From a virus (Duplodnaviria; Caudoviricetes), in the IMG/VR virus record IMGVR_UViG_3300044476_000088, positions 1-29,951 of that record: 29,951 bases of DNA. The stretch is one strand, 5' to 3'. The stretch's first letter is position 1. Each line of letters begins with the position of its first letter. The translations under genes were made by a program, and so were the position numbers. Positions 1-9,182 of the stretch are shown in pieces. A model generated the notes under the pieces. It was not told where the DNA came from, ran no database searches, and saw only the letters and a list, made by a program, of their open reading frames with translations.

Positions 1-1069
1 ACATGGGGCCTGGAGCCCCACCCGCCTTGAAGATGACGAAGTTCAAACCTGCTACGCCGAGCCCCTTGAGCGCGGCCTGCATCTTGTCGTCGCCCTTCTG
101 CTGCTGCACGGCAGTGTCATACGTGGCGATGCCTGCCTCCATGCCGGTGAGCGCGTCGGCGAGCTTGCCACCCGCCAGGAAGCCCACCACTGTTCCCGGC
201 AGCTCCTCGATCTGATTCACGAAGCCACGGCCCAGCATGTGATAATCGGGATTCTTGAAGGTATTGCCGGAGTCGTCCGTCAAGTATTCTGCTACAGCTT
301 CCTTCTTGCCGTAGCCCATCAGGCCGGTGAGGTAGTCGCTCGCGCCCAGCGCCTTCTGGTAAAACTTGCTCTGGTTCACGTCATCCAGAATGGCCTTGGC
401 CTTCGAGGAACCCTGTGGATCATGCAGCGTATCACCGATGTCCAGAGCTTCAGCACCAGCCTCGACGGCAGCACCCACCGTGCCCACCAGCTTGGCACCC
501 GCGCGCGTCATAGCACTACCGGCACCGCCCAACGTGGCAGCACCCATGGAGTGCAGCTCACCCATGACGTCTACGCCCATCTGCTCCAGGCCATACTGTG
601 CTACGCCAGTGACGGGGGAGAGGAACTTCAGGTAGCCGGGAACCTGGGCCTCTTCGCGTGCGGCCACGGCGCGCTGCTGCATCACGCGGCTGCGCTCCAT
701 CATCACGGCCTGCCACTGCTTCGGCGTCAGCGAGTCGGTGCGGAACTTGTCGGACAGCTCCTCCATGGCGCGCACGCCATCGAAGTCGTCCCAGCTCATC
801 GCGGCGAGCGCGGGATCCGCGTAGAACTTCGCTGTCTTCGGCAGCTTGCGCGCGAGATCGCCCAGCCCGAACTTATTCAGTCGCGAGGCCATCTCTGCAT
901 CCCGCGTCTCACTGAGACGTGCGGCCGCATCCGGCGCGATACCAAGCTCCTGTCCCTTGGTGTAGTTCTTCGCGAATTCGTCTGGATTCTGGCGAACCCC
1001 ATACGCAACGGACTGCTCCAGCTGCGCCGAGTCATCGCTGAAGTATTTCTGCACCAGCTCATTGGTCAT
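1..1069 (-). CDS. Large internal virion (ejection) protein, N-terminal part; runs off the left window edge
   Basis: Not in the ORF track. ATG at 1069 overlaps the TGA of the 564-aa gene (ATGA). It reads MTNELVQKYFSDDSAQLEQSVAYGVRQNPDEF... with no stop to the edge. Ala/Gly-rich; lies after the other internal virion genes. Confidence 0.75.
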   Translation of the reverse strand, partial: MTNELVQKYFSDDSAQLEQSVAYGVRQNPDEFAKNYTKGQELGIAPDAAARLSETRDAEMASRLNKFGLGDLARKLPKTAKFYADPALAAMSWDDFDGVRAMEELSDKFRTDSLTPKQWQAVMMERSRVMQQRAVAAREEAQVPGYLKFLSPVTGVAQYGLEQMGVDVMGELHSMGAATLGGAGSAMTRAGAKLVGTVGAAVEAGAEALDIGDTLHDPQGSSKAKAILDDVNQSKFYQKALGASDYLTGLMGYGKKEAVAEYLTDDSGNTFKNPDYHMLGRGFVNQIEELPGTVVGFLAGGKLADALTGMEAGIATYDTAVQQQKGDDKMQAALKGLGVAGLNFVIFKAGGAPGPM

Positions 1070-2760
1070 CGCTTGGCCCCCATGCCTTGGTTCTGCAGCT
1101 TGTAGAGAGGATCGTTCATCACCAGCGTGATCGTGTCACGCACCGTCTCAGGTGTGATCTTGATGCCGTTGTTCTTGAGCCAGATCTTCGCTTCCTCCAT
1201 CTTAGCCGGATCGTAACCCAAGTCATCCACGTTGGTGACCTTGAAGAGTGGTGCCTCATCCTGCCCACGCCAGAAGTGCGATGTCTTCAGCACCACGGTG
1301 GAGAGCTGCTTGTCGAAGATCTTCTGCTGCTCCTCGTCGTTGAGCGGTCGCCCATACTTCCGCTGCTTCTCTGCGATCTCGTTGATGCACGCGTGCTGCA
1401 GCGCGGCGTAGTCTTCGATCTGCCGCTGCGAACGCTTGCCGGTGCCCTTGTAGCCATACGCTTCCGCCGTCGCCTTGAACTGGTCGGCAGCGAGCGTGAC
1501 GTTGGAGAGCCCCGCCTCACTCTTGAGAGCTGCACCACGCAGGCGTAGCAGGTCGTCAAAGTAGGAAGGACCGACCACAGGCATCAGCGTCTTGATTTCC
1601 TTGTCGCTATACTTCAGCAGCTCGCGCGGGTTGTCCATGTAGTAGGAGAACGCGATGGCCTTGTCGGCCTGCTCCTGTGGGCTGAGCGTGTTCGTGAGAT
1701 GGTTGTTGTAGGTCTTCCAGTCGGTGAGGAACTTCGCACGCTGGTCGCCATCGAGCTTCAGCCACTGGGGCGTGAGCTGGATCTTGGCGAAGTTCATGGT
1801 GGGCACGTTGGGATTCAGGCCGGTGACCATGTCCCACACGTCGCCGTAGTAGACGCCCTGCTGCTTCGTGCGCAGTGTCTCCCGTTCGCGCAGGTCTTCG
1901 AGCGCGGCCTTCTGTGCTTCGGGCTTGCCCTTGAACTGATTGCGCAGCGCGTCGGCCTTCTGCTCTAGGTTGAGGCTCGTGTCCGCCCATACCGTGTTCA
2001 CCGACTCGGTGACGGTAAGGATCGCCTCCTTCTTGTCGAGGTAGTCGTTCACCTTGGTGAGCGTGTCCGGCGTCAGCTCGTTCATGTGCGAGTTGGTGTA
2101 GGCACGCGCGCCAGCGATGTCATCTTTCTCCGCGTAGCGTCCGATGACCGACGTGTGAAACTGGTCATACGCCTTGCCGGTCATCAGCTTGACGCTCTCG
2201 TCGGAGAGCCCCTTCATCTGGGCGAGCGTCTGGATGGACGTGTCCATCTTACCCTGCAGCACGCCGAGCGTAGCAGCGTCGTTGTAGTTGTTCGCGGCGT
2301 CGTCCAGCACGAGCTGCATCGTGTCCGTCTGCTGCTGAAGGGAGTGGTTCATCATCTGCTGCGCTTCGTGTTCGTTCACACCGCGCTGCAGGGCCATGCC
2401 CGATACCGTCGCCTGCTTGTTGAACAGCTCCTGCTGATCAGGAGTCAGGTCCATCGCCAGCTCGCTGGACCTGTCCTTGTATTGCTGCATGTAGCGATCA
2501 GTGAACGAGACGCCATCCTTCGGCAGCACGTTCTTCCCGAGCTGCTGCGTGTAGTCCTTGGCGATCTCGATCCGCTTGCGCTCCAGTTCGTTGGCAGCTT
2601 CCGTCACGCGCGCGGTGTCGGCCTGCTGCTTCATGAACGACACGGCCTTTCCCAGTAGCTCCGTCGGGTTCTCCTTCGGAACGTAGACCTCCTGCTGCGG
2701 CATGGCAGGCAGAGCGTTCGTGCTGATCTGCTGCGTTGGAATCCCAGGCACACTAGGCAT
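1066..2760 (-). CDS. Internal virion protein (564 aa, alpha-helical)
   Basis: Long Gln/Ala/Lys-rich ORF with an MPSVPG start typical of podovirus ejection proteins; synteny after tail tubular B. Confidence 0.7.
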   Translation of the reverse strand: MPSVPGIPTQQISTNALPAMPQQEVYVPKENPTELLGKAVSFMKQQADTARVTEAANELERKRIEIAKDYTQQLGKNVLPKDGVSFTDRYMQQYKDRSSELAMDLTPDQQELFNKQATVSGMALQRGVNEHEAQQMMNHSLQQQTDTMQLVLDDAANNYNDAATLGVLQGKMDTSIQTLAQMKGLSDESVKLMTGKAYDQFHTSVIGRYAEKDDIAGARAYTNSHMNELTPDTLTKVNDYLDKKEAILTVTESVNTVWADTSLNLEQKADALRNQFKGKPEAQKAALEDLRERETLRTKQQGVYYGDVWDMVTGLNPNVPTMNFAKIQLTPQWLKLDGDQRAKFLTDWKTYNNHLTNTLSPQEQADKAIAFSYYMDNPRELLKYSDKEIKTLMPVVGPSYFDDLLRLRGAALKSEAGLSNVTLAADQFKATAEAYGYKGTGKRSQRQIEDYAALQHACINEIAEKQRKYGRPLNDEEQQKIFDKQLSTVVLKTSHFWRGQDEAPLFKVTNVDDLGYDPAKMEEAKIWLKNNGIKITPETVRDTITLVMNDPLYKLQNQGMGAKR

Positions 2761-2763
2761 CAG

Positions 2764-3306
2764 CTACTCCCAGAATTTGCGGGTTTTCCCGCCGCTGTAG
2801 TTACCGGCCATGATCGTCCCGGCCATGCCCAGCTCGGATGATAGCTTGGCGTTGTCCGCCGCTGAGCTGTAATTGTCCGCAGTGCGGAAGCCATACTCTG
2901 CAGCCTGCCGATGCCCGTAGGCTTCACGCATCGTGTTGCGCATGATCGTCTGTAGGTCGGCGTCGGTCACCTGATCGGTTTCGTTTGCTACAGATTGAAA
3001 GCTACCCGAACCAGCCACGACACCAGAAGCTCCCATAGCAGCGAGCTGGCTTCCCTTGTATCGGCGAGCAGACTTCGCGTATTTCTCGGCATCCTCCGCG
3101 CCACGTTGATCCGAATCCGCCGCGCGCTGCAGTTCATATGCTGCGTTCTCCTTCGAGTTCTGGGCCTGCGTGTCGAGTGTCTTCTTCTTCTCCTTGCCGC
3201 TGGTGTATTGCCCATACAGGTCGAGTCCCGTTGTCGCAATGTCCAGCCAGCTAGACCCGGTGGAAGCCTTGCTACCAGACTTGAATAGGTTGCTCAAGAA
3301 TCCCAT
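2764..3306 (-). CDS. Small internal virion protein (T7 gp14 / Bbp11-like)
   Basis: 180 aa, Ala/Gly/Ser-rich, with the GSQLAAMGASGVVAGSGS segment typical of this family; AGGAGG RBS; synteny. Confidence 0.75.
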   Translation of the reverse strand: MGFLSNLFKSGSKASTGSSWLDIATTGLDLYGQYTSGKEKKKTLDTQAQNSKENAAYELQRAADSDQRGAEDAEKYAKSARRYKGSQLAAMGASGVVAGSGSFQSVANETDQVTDADLQTIMRNTMREAYGHRQAAEYGFRTADNYSSAADNAKLSSELGMAGTIMAGNYSGGKTRKFWE

Positions 3307-3309
3307 CGC

Positions 3310-5889
3310 CTACCTCCTTGCCAGTTCAACTTCTGGAATGATCGCTTGCACTGCCAACGGCAGCGGATAGGGCTGGCGGATGCAGACGTGCCCTCCCGTC
3401 GTCCACGTCGTGGGGATCTGAATCATCGCCATGCCGGTCATGGGGCGGACGGACTCATAGTAGCCCTCGTCGGTGCGCTGCTTGTATTCCTGCAGCTTGT
3501 CGAAGGACGGGCCTGCCATCACGCCGCGCGAGCCTTCGAGCTGCAGATGCACGCACGGGATGTTCTTCACCGTGTCCTGGATGACCTGACCACCAGGAGC
3601 AGCGAGGTCGAGCGTCTCCATGTCGCTGTTGTAGGGCAGGCCGACGATCAGTCGCACGGCAGGAGTGTCCATGCTGAACACACCACCGGTGACCGTGACC
3701 TCGGGATGCACGTTGCCGTCGGCCAGGATGCCGATGCTCTTGCCTTCGAGATGATCGGCACCGCTGAGCGTGCGCCGCGCGAAGGCCCAGTCCGTCGTGG
3801 CCGTGCTACGCCATGCAGGATCGATCAGCTTCTGCGGAGTGCCGAGCGCGTGCGACGTGTCGACGACCTCGGTGATGATGATCTCGTAGCGTCCGCTGTC
3901 GGGGTTCACGATGATCGAGTCGTCGAGATCCAGCGAGCCCGTGTTGAAGATGGGAGAGGAAGACTCGATCTGCACGATGGCCGTCTCGTCCCAGCCACCG
4001 CTGCTCTCAGTGACAGTCACTGTCGTGCTGCCCATGTTGGTGCCGTCGTAGGAAAGGCCGCAGTCCAGGAACCATGCCGACATGATATCGGTGGTCAGCA
4101 CGCGGTTCGCCATGCGCTCGACGTAGCGTTGCCCGACGCCGTCGATCTCACGATACACGATCATGTAGAGTGCGTCCTCCTGGCCCTCGCTCACGCAGCA
4201 GATGGACTCGAAGTAGCCGTCCGTCGTGTGCTGCGCCCAGCCCATCACTTCCTGGTCCTTCACGTAGGTGAGGGACAGCAGCACGCCGTCCTCACGCACG
4301 CACCACACGGTGGAGAAGGGAGTCTGCTGGAACGCCCAGTCGATGATGGTGTGATTCTCCACCAAGTGGCTCGCATACATCGTGAGGTCAATGCCGGTGA
4401 ACACGTTCTTCAGATAGTCGTAGCCCAGGTCGCGCACAACCTGCCCCTTGCTCTGCACGTAGATCGCCATATCGCCGACCACGAGCGGCATGAGGTCCGC
4501 GCTGCCACGGTAGCCCTGCAGCTTGGCACTGACGTCGGTCTGCGTGAGCGCGCCGTCGTTGGGTGCGGACAAGCTCCACTCGGAGTCGCTGGAGAATGCT
4601 ACGAGGTTTGCGCCCATGGTGAGGACATGCTTCACGGCGGACACCATGCGGCCGTCCAGCGGATACACCAGCGCGTCCTTGTCCACCACGGGGGAGGACT
4701 CACCGAAGTTCGCGAAGTCGGCGGTGGTGGAGAGCCACACGGTCTGCGGATCCTTCGTGGAGCCAGCGAACACGAGCCGCTGCTGGTGGTAGGTCGTGCA
4801 GCCAGGGTAGCCGTTCTCGGAACACCACGCGCCCTTGGCCCAGATGTAAGTCGTGTTGCCGGAGCCCACGCACGCGTCGGGGATGTAGCGCACCACTGTA
4901 GCAGTGACCACAGTGCCCGACGTGTAGCCGGTGATCTTCGCGATGCCGAAGCCGCCGTGAAGGTATTGCCACACAACGCCGCCATCGTCCCAGGTGTTCG
5001 CGTCGTTGGTAGGGTAGGTGTAACCGGTGGTGCCTGCGTTGGTCGCTTTGTAATACTTGCTGTCCGCCCGTCGGATGTCGTTGAGCGCGACGGCAGTGTT
5101 GGACACCCACGCCTTGCCAGCGTTCTTCTGCACGATCTTCACGAGCCGCCCGACGTCGGTCGACTTGAAGATGCTGCTGCTCGCGGTCAGCGTGATGCCA
5201 GTGCCGGTGGCCGCGCTCGCGTAGATGGTGACAGCGGTGTCTTCGTTGAGATCCTCGAACGGACCAAGCTCGATCACTGCCTCAGTGCAGGTCCACTTGT
5301 CGACGGCGAGCCGCGTGATGTTCTGCGGCGGATACTTGGGATGCGTGATGGTGAGGACGTCGGCGCTCTGCGTGTATTTCAGCAGGTCGAGGTCGCTCTC
5401 CTTCCATGGCGTGGGGATCTCCACGAGGACGCCGGTGAGCGCGAGCCAATAGGTCGGGCTGGTGTCAGGCTGGTGTCCGATGTTGCCAGCCGTCTTGCTG
5501 TAGTAATAGGTGCCGTTGTAGCTGCAGTGGTCGGCGAGCCCGTAGGTCGTGCCTGCAGCGTAGGCAGCGATGGCAGCGATGGTCGCAGGCTGCAGGATCA
5601 CCTGCCCGCTCTGCGTGAACAGCCGCATGTAGTAGTCACCGAACTCCAGCACGAAGGTCTGCTGCGTGGAGAAGATGAATGGGAGGAGGCGAGCATACTT
5701 CGCGCTGTCCCTGGTCTTGCCCACATACTGAGTGCCAGCGCGGTTCTTCGCGCCACCGTAAGGCTGCACGACAAAGTTCTTCTCCAGCTTCAGCGAGGTC
5801 AGATAGCGCGCGAGATCCGCGCGGCCATACAGTGCAGGGGCGATCTCGCCCCCTGCCAGTGATGCCTGGATGAACCCTTGCGTCGCCAT
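3310..5889 (-). CDS. Tail tubular protein B / nozzle (Bbp13-like)
   Basis: N-terminal QASLAGGEIAPALYGRADLARY, RLLPFIFS...LEFGDYYMR, QQRLVFAG, QEVMGWAQH and C-terminal QPYPLPLAVQAI, all characteristic of this family. Confidence 0.9.
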   Translation of the reverse strand: MATQGFIQASLAGGEIAPALYGRADLARYLTSLKLEKNFVVQPYGGAKNRAGTQYVGKTRDSAKYARLLPFIFSTQQTFVLEFGDYYMRLFTQSGQVILQPATIAAIAAYAAGTTYGLADHCSYNGTYYYSKTAGNIGHQPDTSPTYWLALTGVLVEIPTPWKESDLDLLKYTQSADVLTITHPKYPPQNITRLAVDKWTCTEAVIELGPFEDLNEDTAVTIYASAATGTGITLTASSSIFKSTDVGRLVKIVQKNAGKAWVSNTAVALNDIRRADSKYYKATNAGTTGYTYPTNDANTWDDGGVVWQYLHGGFGIAKITGYTSGTVVTATVVRYIPDACVGSGNTTYIWAKGAWCSENGYPGCTTYHQQRLVFAGSTKDPQTVWLSTTADFANFGESSPVVDKDALVYPLDGRMVSAVKHVLTMGANLVAFSSDSEWSLSAPNDGALTQTDVSAKLQGYRGSADLMPLVVGDMAIYVQSKGQVVRDLGYDYLKNVFTGIDLTMYASHLVENHTIIDWAFQQTPFSTVWCVREDGVLLSLTYVKDQEVMGWAQHTTDGYFESICCVSEGQEDALYMIVYREIDGVGQRYVERMANRVLTTDIMSAWFLDCGLSYDGTNMGSTTVTVTESSGGWDETAIVQIESSSPIFNTGSLDLDDSIIVNPDSGRYEIIITEVVDTSHALGTPQKLIDPAWRSTATTDWAFARRTLSGADHLEGKSIGILADGNVHPEVTVTGGVFSMDTPAVRLIVGLPYNSDMETLDLAAPGGQVIQDTVKNIPCVHLQLEGSRGVMAGPSFDKLQEYKQRTDEGYYESVRPMTGMAMIQIPTTWTTGGHVCIRQPYPLPLAVQAIIPEVELARR

Positions 5890-6485
5890 CACAACCTCGA
5901 CAGAACGAGCGGACCATCAGGCTCTGGCCCACGTTGCAGTTGACTCATGTCCCGCGCAGCGGCCATCGCCAGCAGCTTCTCAGCGAGTAGCATCAGCTCG
6001 CCCTGCATGTCCATCTTGCCGAGCGGCACGCAGATGCGTGACGCGATCATCACGGCGAGCCCCTCCACCACGTCGGGAGGGAACAGCGTGCTGTCGTCGA
6101 TGATGCCGGTATAGCGCAGCGTGGCTTCCGTCTCGTCAGTGAAGAGGACACGCTGGCCATCATACCAACCCAGCTCGAAGGGCACGCTCATGTCACCGGT
6201 GGGATACCTCGCGCCGATGGAGAGGATGCACTGCACGTCCAGGCAGTCGCTTGGCAACGCGTAGCAGTAATACCAATTCGGGATCAGCTCGGATCCCTTG
6301 AGCGAGAGGACCAGCGTCTTCTGCGCGAAGCTCCACGGGTAACGCTGCAGCATCATGTTGCGGCAGATCTCGTAGAACCTGTTGCACGCGACACCAGCAG
6401 GGGTCGTGTCATCAAGGCCGACGATGGTGTCCTGACTCAGCACGTAGCCGAGAGCCATGTTGCAGATGTCTACGTCAGCAGCCAT
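5889..6485 (-). CDS. Tail tubular protein A / head-tail adaptor
   Basis: VDICNMALG, YPWSFA and YALPSDCL motifs; directly upstream of tubular B; AGGAGG RBS. Confidence 0.88.
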   Translation of the reverse strand: MAADVDICNMALGYVLSQDTIVGLDDTTPAGVACNRFYEICRNMMLQRYPWSFAQKTLVLSLKGSELIPNWYYCYALPSDCLDVQCILSIGARYPTGDMSVPFELGWYDGQRVLFTDETEATLRYTGIIDDSTLFPPDVVEGLAVMIASRICVPLGKMDMQGELMLLAEKLLAMAAARDMSQLQRGPEPDGPLVLSRL

Positions 6486-6500
6486 CGTCGGCCTCCTTGT

Positions 6501-6761
6501 TTAGATGACTCGTCCAGAACCCTTGCGCGCAGCGGGTTCGTTGCTTTCAGCGAGCGAAGGCTTCTTCGACTCCAGCACGCCGGGGAGGCTGACCTCATTG
6601 TCCAGCACCCTGTCATAGACTTTGCCGGAAGCGTCGACGAACGGCTTGCCGTCCACGAGCATCCAGCGGTTCGAGGTCGTGCCTTCGGGAACCTCGAACT
6701 CATCACCGGGATTGCGTATGACGTCGAAGTAGCCGATTTCAAGAGCGAGTGCTTTAGGCAT
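6501..6761 (-). CDS. Small hypothetical virion-cluster protein (Bbp15-like position)
   Basis: 86 aa with GYF..IRNPGDEFEV motif; AGGAGG RBS; between cement and tubular A genes. Confidence 0.7.
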   Translation of the reverse strand: MPKALALEIGYFDVIRNPGDEFEVPEGTTSNRWMLVDGKPFVDASGKVYDRVLDNEVSLPGVLESKKPSLAESNEPAARKGSGRVI

Positions 6762-6780
6762 TGCGTGTTCCTCCTACAGG

Positions 6781-6812
6781 AGAAGAGCTGCGAGGACCGA
6801 AGTCCTCGCAGC
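6781..6812 (-). terminator. Rho-independent terminator after the capsid/cement genes
   Basis: Minus strand GCTGCGAGGAC-TTCG-GTCCTCGCAGC (11-bp stem, C(UUCG)G tetraloop) followed by TCTTCT. Confidence 0.85.
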
Positions 6813-6822
6813 GAGGTTATGA

Positions 6823-7281
6823 CTAGCCGACGGTGTAACCGCTGGCGCTCTGGATCGGGGCGTTCTGCGCAGTCTCGGCGATGTAAGCCGAGCCCACGCC
6901 GGTGGTGTTCGCACCGACGTTGCGCCAAGCGATACGCATGTAACGCTTGAGCCCGAGCGCGTTGGTCCGGTAGACCACGGTCTTGCCAGCGACGGCCTGG
7001 GCCACGGGGATCGCAGCGCAGAGCGGGAACTCCACGAGAGCGGTGGCGAAGTTGGTGTTGGTGTCGGTCTGTAGCACGGGCTGAACGCTAGTGCCGCCGG
7101 TCACCGCAGTGGTGATCGCGGCAACGATGGTCAGCTCCTGACCGACGGCGACGTCGGGAACCCACGCGGCATTCGCCGCGAGGTGCGGAGCGTTGTCGTA
7201 GATGTTAGTGGAGACGACATCCGCGCCAGAAGCGTAGATGTTCTGGCCCCAGGAGAAGATGAGCTGAGAGTCGATATACAT
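6823..7281 (-). CDS. Capsid cement/decoration protein (Bbp16-like)
   Basis: MYIDSQLIFS...STNIYD...KRYMRI; beta-rich 152 aa directly after the major capsid gene. Confidence 0.85.
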   Translation of the reverse strand: MYIDSQLIFSWGQNIYASGADVVSTNIYDNAPHLAANAAWVPDVAVGQELTIVAAITTAVTGGTSVQPVLQTDTNTNFATALVEFPLCAAIPVAQAVAGKTVVYRTNALGLKRYMRIAWRNVGANTTGVGSAYIAETAQNAPIQSASGYTVG

Positions 7282-7297
7282 GGTCGGGTTCTCCTTA

Positions 7298-8299
7298 TTA
7301 AGCGACGTTGGCTTCAGTGGACAGGAGCTGATCGCACATGCGGATCGGAATGTTCATGAAGCTGGTGGAAGCGAACTGCTCGCTGGCCTGCTTCAGACCG
7401 AAGACGTTGGCGCTCTTGTTCATCGCCTGAATGGCGAGCATCTCGGCGATAGTCCGGTTGACGTAGAACGCGGGGCGGCACTTCTTGATGCTCGGGATGC
7501 GGAAGATCGCCTTCAGCATGGCTTCGAGAATCTTGATGGTGCCACCGGTGGTATCGGCCAGGATGGCAGTCTGGTCGATGTTGCAGATGCGCACGATGTA
7601 GCGCCAGTCGCGCACGGTAAGGCCGCACTTCCACTGCCACCGATCCATGTAGGCGCGATAGCGGTTGTTGCTGCCGTCGAAGGCGTCGCCCTCGCCGAGA
7701 TCCCAGTGCTGCAGACCAGCGGTGGAGCCCTTCGGGTAGATGCCGGTGACGGTGTCCTCGGACCAACCCACCAGCCAGATGGAGTTGTTCGCGTTGGAGC
7801 TGCCGGACATGCTGATGATGTTCTGGCCGTTCGTAGCAGACAAGCTGCTGTAGCGAGGAGCCAGACCCAGGAACCGCTCAGGGTTCGTGCGAGTGTCGCC
7901 GTAGAACAGCGTCTGCGCAAAGGACTGATTCATGGATTCCAGGAAGCCGCCAGCTTCGGACATGCGGTATTCCTGCGCGTTGCCGTTGAGCGAAGCGAGA
8001 TCCACGTCGACCTCGGCTCGCGCTTCGAGCATGCCGCAGGCATCGTCCACCTGGGCGCGGATGCCCTTGCTAGGCGGAACGCCAGCGTAGAGCTGACGCC
8101 AGACGGCGGTGGGCAGGCCGACGCGGATCGTGGTGCGATGACCGGTGGGGAGGTTGCCCTCCATCCACAACATGTCGTCGATGATCTCGTTGGTCTGCGA
8201 GAGGATGTCGATGGTGCGCGCGACTTTCCCATCGGGATCGAGCGCCTTGGCGTAGTCAAGCAGAGTGACTGCACCAGCTTTGGTGGGCAAAGTAGCCAT
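7298..8299 (-). CDS. Major capsid protein (BPP-1 Bbp17 / epsilon15 gp7-like)
   Basis: 333 aa; LSQTNEIIDDMLWMEGNLPTGHRTTIRVGLP, TLFYGD..NPERFLGLAPRY, GLTVRDWRYIVRICNID. Confidence 0.95.
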   Translation of the reverse strand: MATLPTKAGAVTLLDYAKALDPDGKVARTIDILSQTNEIIDDMLWMEGNLPTGHRTTIRVGLPTAVWRQLYAGVPPSKGIRAQVDDACGMLEARAEVDVDLASLNGNAQEYRMSEAGGFLESMNQSFAQTLFYGDTRTNPERFLGLAPRYSSLSATNGQNIISMSGSSNANNSIWLVGWSEDTVTGIYPKGSTAGLQHWDLGEGDAFDGSNNRYRAYMDRWQWKCGLTVRDWRYIVRICNIDQTAILADTTGGTIKILEAMLKAIFRIPSIKKCRPAFYVNRTIAEMLAIQAMNKSANVFGLKQASEQFASTSFMNIPIRMCDQLLSTEANVA

Positions 8300-8302
8300 G
8301 TG

Positions 8303-8881
8303 CTACTCCTTTGGTGTGCCGTAAAATACGGCGGCGTTGGAAGGACGCTCGCCAGAAGTCTTAGAACTCTGGCTCACGTTGAACTTGTCTTCCGATGTCT
8401 TCTCATGAAGATCGGACAGCAGACGAATCATCACGGGATGGTTGCCCAGCCCCGTGCTGCTGAAGAAGGCCTTGTCTTCTTCGGACACTTGGAACTTCGT
8501 CAAGAGCGCGTTGCAGTTGCGCATCGTGGCGTCGAAGTTCGCGCCACCCAGCTTCGCGTCCTTGCGGACATCCTCGGCCCATCGATCCACTGTCGCCTTG
8601 TGGGCGGCAGCAGCAGCCTTCTCGTCCTGCTCGCTGAAAGTGCGCAGATGGTTGACGAACTTCAGAGCGGCATCCTGCGACAAGCCGAGATCCCTCGCGA
8701 TGGGCTCGATTGCCGTGATGGCTTCCGCCGGAAGCAGGTCAGCGCCGTCGGCACCTTTCCACACATACGCTTCAGGTGCGCCTGCTACCGTAGCATTCGC
8801 CGATGCCATGGCATCAGCGTTCTGCGTCGTAGTCGCCTGCTGTCCTGTCGCCGTAGTTGTCGTTGTGGTTTCTTCAGACAT
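8303..8881 (-). CDS. Capsid scaffolding protein (Bbp18-like)
   Basis: Start moved to ATG 8881 (GGAGGA RBS). Low-complexity N-terminus, GAPEAY, LGLSQDAA, TGLGNHPVMIR and C-terminal AAVFYG; directly upstream of the capsid gene. Confidence 0.85.
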   Translation of the reverse strand: MSEETTTTTTATGQQATTTQNADAMASANATVAGAPEAYVWKGADGADLLPAEAITAIEPIARDLGLSQDAALKFVNHLRTFSEQDEKAAAAAHKATVDRWAEDVRKDAKLGGANFDATMRNCNALLTKFQVSEEDKAFFSSTGLGNHPVMIRLLSDLHEKTSEDKFNVSQSSKTSGERPSNAAVFYGTPKE

Positions 8882-9182
8882 CCAGTTCCTCCTGTGGTGC
8901 GCGTGCTTCGCGCTCGGCGAGGCACACATGGTCGTAGTCGGCCTCGATGAAGTCGTCGCGAAGATACAGGCCGACTGAGCGCATACCCTCGTTGTAGGCA
9001 CTGCTGAGCGGTTCGCCGGTGAAGGTGGTCGCGTGGATCTTGGTCAGCTCCATGATACGCACAAACAGTCTGCGTCCGGCAGCAAGCTGCATGACGTCGC
9101 GGATGTCCTGCGCCTCACGTCGCGTCTGCAGGCTCGCGCGTGCCTTCTCCTGGCGCGTGGGCTTGTCGTCGCTAGAAGACAC
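8874..9182 (-). CDS. Bbp19-like phage protein
   Basis: DIRDVM..AAGRRLF and AYNEGMRSVGL motifs; between portal and scaffold. Confidence 0.8.
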   Translation of the reverse strand: MSSSDDKPTRQEKARASLQTRREAQDIRDVMQLAAGRRLFVRIMELTKIHATTFTGEPLSSAYNEGMRSVGLYLRDDFIEADYDHVCLAEREARAPQEELDV

